DNA from: Chthonomonadales bacterium
Lineage (GTDB): Bacteria > Armatimonadota > Chthonomonadetes > Chthonomonadales > CAJBBX01
Assembly (NCBI GenBank): GCA_027459625.1
Contig: DAIDHP010000008.1
Location: 38,862 to 102,861, forward strand
DNA: 64,000 bases
Reading direction: 5' to 3'
Each line of letters opens with the position of its first letter. Positions within the stretch are counted from its first letter, which is position 1. The notes under the pieces were generated by a model. That model was not told the origin of the DNA and searched no databases. It saw only the letters and a program-made list of their open reading frames with translations. Of the stretch, positions 9,986-17,518 are shown piece after piece. The position numbers and the translations under genes were made by a program.

Positions 9986-10149
9986 AACCGTCGGAGATAA
10001 TTCTCACCATCGTATTCCGTCATTGCGCATATCACTCAAGGATGGCTGGTTAATCCGGCAGATGACATTCGATGACGCATTTCATGGATTGAATAAGACC
10101 CTTGAATTGTGGATTTTCCCGCTCGGTTGATGAAAAAACGGATTTTCGC

Positions 10150-10178
10150 TTGACAATACGCCTTTACTCCCGTATAAT
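10150..10178 (+). promoter_or_regulatory. Consensus sigma70 promoter (TTGACA-17-TATAAT) with an upstream A-tract
   Basis: TTGACA at 10150-10155, exact 17-nt spacer, TATAAT at 10173-10178. Preceded by gatgaaaaaacggatttt (UP-like). Confidence 0.55.
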
Positions 10179-10382
10179 TCCAATGGAACATGTTACATTG
10201 CCGCCTCTGTTTATGCGGATAATTGCACAGTTTAGCTGTGTGATGACGTGAGAAAACGATTATGGGGATGGCGCTGTAAAACGAAGGAGTTGTTAAATTA
10301 CCCGGGCAATTATTTGGCAAACGCAAAGCATATCTTTTAAAGATTTCACGACGGGGTTTCAATTTCATCCTTTTCGTTTCCA

Positions 10383-12653
10383 ATGGATAAAATCAACATG
10401 CCCTTTTTAAGGCATAAAAAAGAAAAAAGAGGTTGGTCCAAGCTTCCCATACGATTTCCGGATGGCAGACGAGTTGCACTGGCTGTTATCGCCACCATTC
10501 TTTTATGGGCGGTTATGGCGTTGCACTTCATCCCAGATCGCGTAACCTTGAAAATAGGGGATATCATTCCCGCGGATATAAGAGCGCCTAGATCCGTAAC
10601 CTATCTGGATCATACTCTCACCCGCAAATTGCAGGAAGATGCGGCCGCAAGGGTTCCTCGGGCTTACAGCGACGATCCAGCAGCCATAGATAACGCAGAT
10701 CACTCCCTTGATCAATCTATAAATGTCATCCAGGAGGCTCGTTCCGCATCATCAAAGATTGCGGGTGCGAGCATACTTGAACGTCTTTCCTATTCCCTCG
10801 GTGTTACCCTCAATCCCGCAGAGATTCACTATCTTCTTTATACGACCAATGATAACATCATACGGTTTCAGAACTACATAAACCGCTTGGTCAATGACCA
10901 AATGTCAAGGGAGATAAGGAATGACACGGATGATCTCAAATACGCAAGGGCGGATTTGAAAACGAGCGCTGGCCGTATCGCAGCCAATCCGGAGGAGGCC
11001 AATCTACTTTACGTTTTAGGCTCCCCGACATTGCGCCCCAACATGGTATTTGATCAGATGCGCACCAACCAGCGACGAGAAGCGGCGGAGAGAAGCGTCG
11101 CTCCGGTAGTCGGTCAGATCAAGGCGGGAGACATCGTGTTGCGTCAAGGGGACGTATTCACCTTGGAGCAGTTGGATAAATGCACGGCACTCGGACTGAT
11201 GAGCCCTCACCTTTCCATTATTACCGCTCTTTCCTTAGGAATACTCGCCCTTTTAATGGTGATGCTGATCGGAATATATATTCGATTTTCATTTCCCATG
11301 ATTTATCAAAACTATCGCATGCTTCTATTACTCACTGGAACGGTTCTAATGAGCGTGTTCGGTTTGAAGATATTCGGAAGCATGCTTGGTATTTCATTTT
11401 CTGGCGTGCAGATGGGTTACATGGGGATGATCACAGTAACGGCTGCGGGAATGCTTCTCACCGTATTGTTAAACCCCCAAATCGCCATTCTCGTCACGGC
11501 ATTGCTCTCCGTGCAATCGGGAATTATGCTTCAGCATGAAATAAGATTCCCGCTCATCACATTCTTTAGCAGCCTTACCGGTATCTACTGCGTGCTACGC
11601 ATTCAAAGAAGAATGCAGTTGATACGAACCATACTGATTATGGCTGGTGTGAATCTGCTTTTGGTTTGGATGCTTGGAGGGCTGTTGGGAGACTCCTTGC
11701 GAGATTTCAAGATCAACACCGCTTGGGCGGTCGTGGCTGCGATTATTTCAGTGGGCATATTTTGGATATGCGTGACGGTGTTGGAAAAACCTTTCGATAT
11801 CCTTACGCATGTCTGGTTGCTTGAACTTTCTTCGTCGGAACAGCCGCTCCTGCGCAAACTCTGTCTAACCGCGCCCGCCACGTACGCTCATAGTATCATG
11901 GTGGGCAATCTGGCGGAAGCCGCAGGCGAGGCGATCGGCGCGGATGCGCTTTTCTGCCGCGTGGCGAGCTATTATCACGACGTGGGAAAAATACGTCGAC
12001 CGCACTGCTTCGTCGAAAATCAGCGGAATGAAAATATACACGATCACTTAAATCCCTCTCTCTCCGCGCTAATCATCGCTTCCCATGTGCGAGAGGGCAT
12101 TGAACTCGCCGAGGAATACAAGCTTCCCGCTCAGTTTAAAGCCGTAATTGCGGAGCATCATGGCACTAGCCTCATTCGCTATTTTTATCATCAAGCCCTT
12201 CATGCCTCGGGTTTGACGGACACTACGGCGGATCCAATCCTGCAGGAGCATTTTCGTTATGATGGACCGCGCCCTCAATCGCGTGAGTCGGGTATTATAA
12301 TGCTTGCGGATTCCGTGGAAGCCGCCGCAAGAACGTTGGACAAGCCTAGTCCCGCTCGACTGAAGGGTTTGGTTGAAGCGATTATCCATGACAAACTTAC
12401 GGATGGTCAACTAGACGAATGCGACCTCACCTTCAAGGACATTGCGCGCATACAGTCTGAATTTGTGAAAATACTTACCGCCATGCTGCACGGTCGGATT
12501 GATTATCCTGCATTTCCGGGATCAAAAACATCCTACCGCTCTGACATGGACCACACGATAACCTCAGATGCCCATAGATATCCGGAATACACAACAGTTG
12601 CCGGTGAACAATTCGAACATTCTCGAAGCGGCGAGAAACCTGTTGCGCTCTGA
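10383..12653 (+). CDS. pgpH: 7TM-receptor / HD-domain phosphohydrolase, PgpH (YqfF)-type cyclic-di-AMP phosphodiesterase
   Basis: Extracellular N-domain, 7 TM helices, then an HD domain (YAHSIMVGNLAE...YYHDVGKIRRP...HHG). No SD before 10383 or the alternative ATG at 10398. Confidence 0.85.
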   Translation: MDKINMPFLRHKKEKRGWSKLPIRFPDGRRVALAVIATILLWAVMALHFIPDRVTLKIGDIIPADIRAPRSVTYLDHTLTRKLQEDAAARVPRAYSDDPAAIDNADHSLDQSINVIQEARSASSKIAGASILERLSYSLGVTLNPAEIHYLLYTTNDNIIRFQNYINRLVNDQMSREIRNDTDDLKYARADLKTSAGRIAANPEEANLLYVLGSPTLRPNMVFDQMRTNQRREAAERSVAPVVGQIKAGDIVLRQGDVFTLEQLDKCTALGLMSPHLSIITALSLGILALLMVMLIGIYIRFSFPMIYQNYRMLLLLTGTVLMSVFGLKIFGSMLGISFSGVQMGYMGMITVTAAGMLLTVLLNPQIAILVTALLSVQSGIMLQHEIRFPLITFFSSLTGIYCVLRIQRRMQLIRTILIMAGVNLLLVWMLGGLLGDSLRDFKINTAWAVVAAIISVGIFWICVTVLEKPFDILTHVWLLELSSSEQPLLRKLCLTAPATYAHSIMVGNLAEAAGEAIGADALFCRVASYYHDVGKIRRPHCFVENQRNENIHDHLNPSLSALIIASHVREGIELAEEYKLPAQFKAVIAEHHGTSLIRYFYHQALHASGLTDTTADPILQEHFRYDGPRPQSRESGIIMLADSVEAAARTLDKPSPARLKGLVEAIIHDKLTDGQLDECDLTFKDIARIQSEFVKILTAMLHGRIDYPAFPGSKTSYRSDMDHTITSDAHRYPEYTTVAGEQFEHSRSGEKPVAL

Positions 12654-13044
12654 AGGGGTTCCCGGAGCGGAAATATCCGTATTCATTACGGACGATGAAA
12701 CCATACGCGAGTACAATCGCGATTTCCGCGCAATTGATAAGTCCACCGATGTGTTATCATTCCCCCTCTTCTATCCGGCTGATATCGCCGATATAAAGGC
12801 GAAACCACCCAAGGAAGGTCCGCTGCTCGGGGATGTGATTATCTCCTTGGATGCGGCGATACGCCAAGCGGATGAATTTCATATTGAATTGCACGAAGAG
12901 ATATCTCTTCTTATGGTTCACGGCATTCTTCATCTGCTAGGTTATGACGATCAGGACGAAATATCGGCGACAATCATGCGGGAAAAGGAAAACATGGCGC
13001 TTTCAGATGCCGGATTGAGACATCGTTATTGGGAATCGATGTAA
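12568..13044 (+). CDS. ybeY: rRNA maturation endoribonuclease YbeY
   Basis: MPIDIRN... N-terminus, VFITDDETIREYNRDFR, and the metal site HGILHLLGYDD. Overlaps the pgpH 3' end by 86 nt in a different frame. Confidence 0.9.
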   Translation: MPIDIRNTQQLPVNNSNILEAARNLLRSEGVPGAEISVFITDDETIREYNRDFRAIDKSTDVLSFPLFYPADIADIKAKPPKEGPLLGDVIISLDAAIRQADEFHIELHEEISLLMVHGILHLLGYDDQDEISATIMREKENMALSDAGLRHRYWESM

Positions 13045-13217
13045 TGCTTGTCCTCAATGGTATTTGAGGGGATTGGTTATTGTTATCACGTAGAACGTGA
13101 TAGGGCGTATTTGTGTTTGATGGAAGGATGAGACGGGCGAGTTTGTCGATTAACTCCGCATTTTAATTGTCGTCGATCAATCGTTGAGGCATCCGTAGGA
13201 AGAGGAGAGTTTTTTAG

Positions 13218-14060
13218 TTGCGACGCAAGAGCGCGCAAGATAGTTTTCGTTTTGCAGGCGAGGGTATTCTGCATTGCTTTCGAACTCAAAAGCACATGCA
13301 GATTCACTTCGTTATGCTTGTGCTTGTGTTACTGTCCGGTTTGCTTTTAGCCTTGGACACCATGGAGATGCTGATCCTGCTTTTTTGCATCAGCCTTGTC
13401 ATTGCGACTGAAATGGTGAATACCTCCGTTGAGGCGGTTGTCGATATGATCACACAGACATATCATCCCTTGGCGAAATTAGCTAAGGATGTCGCGGCAG
13501 GAGCCGTGCTCATCGCCTCCGTAAACGCTGTCATTGCCGGATTGCTGATATTTTTCGGCACCAAACCCATTGAACGAATTCGGAGAGGGGTTCCGATTCA
13601 ATCCCCCGACGTGACAATTGTGATGGTGGTTGGTATACTAGTACTGACGTTAACTGTGTTGATGTCCAAATTATTCACTGGAAGATCCAATGAAGGCATT
13701 TTGCAGGGCGGAGTGGTAAGCGGACATAGCGCCGTGGGATTTTTTCTTGCGATGACGATTATTTTCGCATCCGGTAACACGTTCGTGGCGATCCTCGCAT
13801 TGATTATGGCGGTTATCATCGCTCAGAGTCGCGTCGAGGCGGGTATCCATTCCATTCAGGAGGTGGTTTTAGGCGCCGTGGTGGCGATATTTCTAACGTC
13901 CTCCATCTATTGGATCATGCCGCGAATTAGGGAGAAGCTTCAAGATAATGAGACCCATCAAACGCAAAAACAAAGCGAAAGGACGATCAATCCGTCGTAC
14001 CTCTTGCAGCCACCAAATCAAACGAAAATCGGTGATGGATACATCATCGGACGAAAGTGA
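13218..14060 (+). CDS. dgkA: DgkA-family lipid kinase fused to a PAP2-like phosphatase domain
   Basis: TTG start with GAGGAG RBS. N-terminal half: SFRFAGEGI...EMVNTSVEAVVD...HPLAKLAKDVAAGAVL (DgkA). C-terminal half: SGHSAVGF and SRVEAGIHSIQEV (PAP2 motifs C2/C3). The C1 motif is not clear. Confidence 0.75.
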   Translation: MRRKSAQDSFRFAGEGILHCFRTQKHMQIHFVMLVLVLLSGLLLALDTMEMLILLFCISLVIATEMVNTSVEAVVDMITQTYHPLAKLAKDVAAGAVLIASVNAVIAGLLIFFGTKPIERIRRGVPIQSPDVTIVMVVGILVLTLTVLMSKLFTGRSNEGILQGGVVSGHSAVGFFLAMTIIFASGNTFVAILALIMAVIIAQSRVEAGIHSIQEVVLGAVVAIFLTSSIYWIMPRIREKLQDNETHQTQKQSERTINPSYLLQPPNQTKIGDGYIIGRK

Positions 14061-14082
14061 TTCGGATCATAACCGTAAAATC

Positions 14083-15615
14083 ATGATGAAAACCGAAGCG
14101 ACCGCAGGTGTCGCCTTCAGGTCGCCTTTGCCAATTCCAATTTATTTTCTGAGTGCGGCTATGTTTCTGATATTATCAGGAGCCCCGGCTATCGCCCAAA
14201 CGCCTGTGGGCGAAAACGCCCACATCTCGGGCGGAATATCCGAACTGATTTTTATCCTCATTCTGATCTTCATCAACAGTCTCTTTGTGCTTGCTGAGAC
14301 TGCTATGCTCACTGTGCGCCGCACGCGTATTGAACAACTTGCCGAAGAGGGAAATCGCTCCGCCAAAGTGGCATTGAAACTCCTTTCCGAGCCTACGAGG
14401 ATGCTTGCCACCATCCAGGTTGGGTTAACTCTCGTGGAACTGCTGGCTGCGGGCTCGGCGGCGGAAAAAGAGGTGGAACCTTTCGCCGCTTTCCTCAGAC
14501 ACACCATAGGAGCGGTTGTGCCGATTCTCGGTTACTACTCGCATCTCATCTCCTTCCTGTTGATTATCTTCATTGTTAGTCTGTTAACCTTGGTCATAGG
14601 AGAGATCACACCGAAGAGCTTGGCCATTAAAAACGCTGAGCCCATCGCCCTAATAAGCGCGATTCCCATTCAGTATCTCCAAGTTATATTCAGTCCACTC
14701 GTCTCCATTGTCACGGTGTTCTCTAAGTTCCTCACCAAACCCTTTGGGGGAACCGTATCCTTTTCCACCTCGGTTATGAGCGAGGAGGAACTGAAAATAA
14801 TGGTGGAGCAAAGCGAGGAGCATGGGGTGATAGAATCCGAAGAGAAGGAGATGATTCATTCTATTTTCGACTTCGCAGATACGGCGGTGCGCAAGGTCAT
14901 GACGAATCGCTTGGACATCACCGCTGTTTCTGTTGATATCCCCTCGGATGAATTCGTAAGAGTGGTCACGGAAACGGGGCATTCGCGGATACCGGTATAT
15001 GAAGGGGAGCTTGATAATATCGTCGGGGTGGTGCATGTCAAAGATGTGTTGAGGAGAAGCTTTACGGAACAGGAGCATGTTCGGCTGCGAGAGGTGATGC
15101 GCCCTCCATACTTTATCCCGGAAAACAAAAGAGTGGACGACCTGCTGGCGGAGATGAAACGCGGGAAGATGCAAATAGCATTGGTTCGCGATGAGTATGG
15201 CGCATTGGCAGGTGTTGTAACCATTGAAGACTTGCTTGAGGAGATTGTCGGGGACATACAGGATGAATACGACAAAGAGGAGGAGCCAACATTACGAAGG
15301 ACTGACGATAACTCCTGGGTCGCGGATGGCATGATAAGCCTTAATGATTTTAATGAGAGAATGGGAACTGACATTCCCTTGGAGGAGACAAACACCCTTG
15401 GTGGTTTTGTTTTCGGTCTCATGGGTCATCAGCCGATTGAGGGCGAACAAGCTGTTTGGGAAAATCTTGTATTTCGAGTGAATGCCACGGATGGTCGCAG
15501 GATTCAAAAGGTGTCCATCATGCGAACGCCGAATTTGGAGGAACAATCCACACCCCAGGACCATAGCGTTCACGAGCAGAACAACATGGAAAAAACCGAC
15601 GAGGATTCCCAATAG
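14083..15615 (+). CDS. CNNM/CorC-HlyC family transporter-associated protein (DUF21 + 2 CBS + CorC_HlyC)
   Basis: DUF21 TM region, CBS pair (RIPVYEGELDNIVGVVHVKD; ALVRDEYGALAGVVTIEDLLEEIVGDIQDEYD), and a C-terminal CorC domain. Start uncertain: 14083 (MMKTEA) or 14035. Confidence 0.85.
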   Translation: MMKTEATAGVAFRSPLPIPIYFLSAAMFLILSGAPAIAQTPVGENAHISGGISELIFILILIFINSLFVLAETAMLTVRRTRIEQLAEEGNRSAKVALKLLSEPTRMLATIQVGLTLVELLAAGSAAEKEVEPFAAFLRHTIGAVVPILGYYSHLISFLLIIFIVSLLTLVIGEITPKSLAIKNAEPIALISAIPIQYLQVIFSPLVSIVTVFSKFLTKPFGGTVSFSTSVMSEEELKIMVEQSEEHGVIESEEKEMIHSIFDFADTAVRKVMTNRLDITAVSVDIPSDEFVRVVTETGHSRIPVYEGELDNIVGVVHVKDVLRRSFTEQEHVRLREVMRPPYFIPENKRVDDLLAEMKRGKMQIALVRDEYGALAGVVTIEDLLEEIVGDIQDEYDKEEEPTLRRTDDNSWVADGMISLNDFNERMGTDIPLEETNTLGGFVFGLMGHQPIEGEQAVWENLVFRVNATDGRRIQKVSIMRTPNLEEQSTPQDHSVHEQNNMEKTDEDSQ

Positions 15616-16079
15616 CGGTTTTTTTCAGTACAGGATTTTCTCATACATATGGCGTTTCCCAAAACTGGAGTCGAGTAAACGGGGGAATGGTAAATCAGGC
15701 ACTTGCAACAATGATGTCCAAGCGTTTTACCAAGCGCAACATTAGCGACAGGTGCGTTTTTACATTGTATTCTCGGCCCTTGAATGACCCTTATTTCAGC
15801 GTATCCCCCATATGGCTTTTCGTCAGTCGAACAGGAAACGACCTTTTTTTAGGATAAGCCTCGCAATGTGATGCAATTTCGGGAAAAAGACAGTATATTT
15901 TATGCATGGAATTTCTGAGAACAAATTCAAATGATGTTGCGTCTTACTTTGGTAAGCGTAAACGAACGCTTATTGCCATATGATTCAATAGATGTTTGTT
16001 AAAAATGTGCGCATTATTGGAAATTTACCATTTCCTCAAGTATACTTTTATCCTATGGAAAGCTTAAGGATAATTCAGG

Positions 16080-16388
16080 ATGGCTTGCCCCGGGCGTAAT
16101 GATTTATTAGGAAAAATTCTCGGTGTACTTGTTTTTCTCGTCGGCATCGGCGTCATTCTTTATGTATTGAAACTCGCATTCGGCATGCTTCATGACCCTG
16201 CCATGGGTATTGCCCTCCCGATGGATGTAAAAAACAATCCAAACCTAGCTGTTATCGGTGTCAGTTTCCTTCGGTTACTGATGCGTATCGTCGTACTCTT
16301 CCTCTGCTGCATAGGTGGGTCCTTGATAGCCAACAAAGGCGTTCACCTCTATTTTTGCTCACATAAGCCACCTGAACATAACGCATAG
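16080..16388 (+). CDS. Small hypothetical membrane protein (2-3 TM)
   Basis: AAGGA upstream and hydrophobic helices. No family recognised. Confidence 0.4.
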   Translation: MACPGRNDLLGKILGVLVFLVGIGVILYVLKLAFGMLHDPAMGIALPMDVKNNPNLAVIGVSFLRLLMRIVVLFLCCIGGSLIANKGVHLYFCSHKPPEHNA

Positions 16389-16408
16389 CCAGCATCAGGC
16401 CGAGATAT

Positions 16409-17518
16409 ATGAAACAATTGGATCGTTACCTCCTGCGAGAAATGGTCGTCCCTTTCCTTATCGGGCAAGGGGCGGTTGTGCTAATGCTGACCGGAACAGT
16501 TCTGTTCAATAACGCTGACATTTTTTTGAATTTCGGCATCCCCGTATCCGGAGTTCTGAAGATTGCACTTTATTTCCTTCCCTTTCTCATAAATCTCACC
16601 ATGCCAGTTGCGGTGGCTCTCGGATGCTCTCTTACGGTTAGCCGATTGATACGCGACACGGAGATCACGGTGATGCGCTCCGCGGGTATTAGCTTGAAAC
16701 GGATATTTCTACCCCTAATGGTGGCGGGATTGATCATTAGTTTTGCGGATTTTTATTTCGGTGAATTTATGGTGCCATGGGCAATCCACCATTATGAATT
16801 AACCATGGCATCGTTATCCCGGAATATTCGATTTCTAGTGCCACAGGCTGATAAAACTATCCAGAGCCCAGACAAAAAATACTCCGCCACAATCGGGCAA
16901 ATGAAACTTCTTCCGGGAAGCCATCGCGCCATGCTATATGATGTATGCATCATAGCCAACGGATCGGGTCCGCAACCAGTGATCATGATGGCTAAAACCG
17001 CAGAGTACAGTCATGGGGAGTGGATTTTATACAACGCTCACATTCATATCTACTCCAGAGACGGGATGAATGAAAAATACATCTTCGCTAAAACGGAAAT
17101 AATCAATTTCAATCTTTCAGAAAACACCTTTGATTTCATCTCATTGAAACTCCCTCTGTATTCCTCAGCGTCCGGACTGAGTTTTCATCAGCTCACCTAT
17201 AATATCGCTCAGGAACGCCTCAACGGATGGGTGAACCCACATGACATCCTCGAGTGGCAATTTAAACTGTCCGTTCCATTCTCCTGTTTGGTTTTCGCCA
17301 TAATTTGCCCCCCCTTCGCTTTGCGATTCGCGAGATCCGGTAATTTCACAGGAGTATTACTATCCATAATTTTAGTTTTTGTCTATTGGAATTGCCTTTT
17401 GGCATCAAAGATCATCGGATCGCTGTACCCGCAATATTTCCCCCCATTCGCCGCAGCATGGGGTCAGAATATCCTCTTCGCGACTATCGGCATATGGCTG
17501 CTGCGGAGAGAAGAATGA
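16409..17518 (+). CDS. LptF/LptG-family LPS export permease
   Basis: MKQLDRYLLREMVVPFLIG N-terminus, 6-TM layout with a central periplasmic beta-jellyroll-sized insert. YjgP/YjgQ pattern. Confidence 0.8.
   Translation: MKQLDRYLLREMVVPFLIGQGAVVLMLTGTVLFNNADIFLNFGIPVSGVLKIALYFLPFLINLTMPVAVALGCSLTVSRLIRDTEITVMRSAGISLKRIFLPLMVAGLIISFADFYFGEFMVPWAIHHYELTMASLSRNIRFLVPQADKTIQSPDKKYSATIGQMKLLPGSHRAMLYDVCIIANGSGPQPVIMMAKTAEYSHGEWILYNAHIHIYSRDGMNEKYIFAKTEIINFNLSENTFDFISLKLPLYSSASGLSFHQLTYNIAQERLNGWVNPHDILEWQFKLSVPFSCLVFAIICPPFALRFARSGNFTGVLLSIILVFVYWNCLLASKIIGSLYPQYFPPFAAAWGQNILFATIGIWLLRREE

Noticed and set aside
10036-10382. tmRNA (ssrA) next to smpB. The non-coding interval is the right size, about 350 nt.
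   Set aside because: There is no GGGG...-type 5' acceptor strand, no T-arm (GGTTCGAATCC-like) and no CCA-proximal 3' end. There is no tag-peptide ORF ending in a hydrophobic tail. Instead the region contains a promoter pointing at pgpH.
10185-10382. Known riboswitch in the pgpH leader: c-di-AMP ydaO/kimA class, Mg2+ M-box, or fluoride crcB (because of GGGGATGG).
   Set aside because: As I remember them, the conserved cores are GGGGACCCA/GAAUCC and CCGAACCC...CUAACCUCGUAAGCG for ydaO, GUUAGGUGAGG for the M-box, and GGnGAUGG...AACCGCC...CUGAUGA for crcB. None is present beyond a few nucleotides. A cmsearch is needed to exclude them formally.
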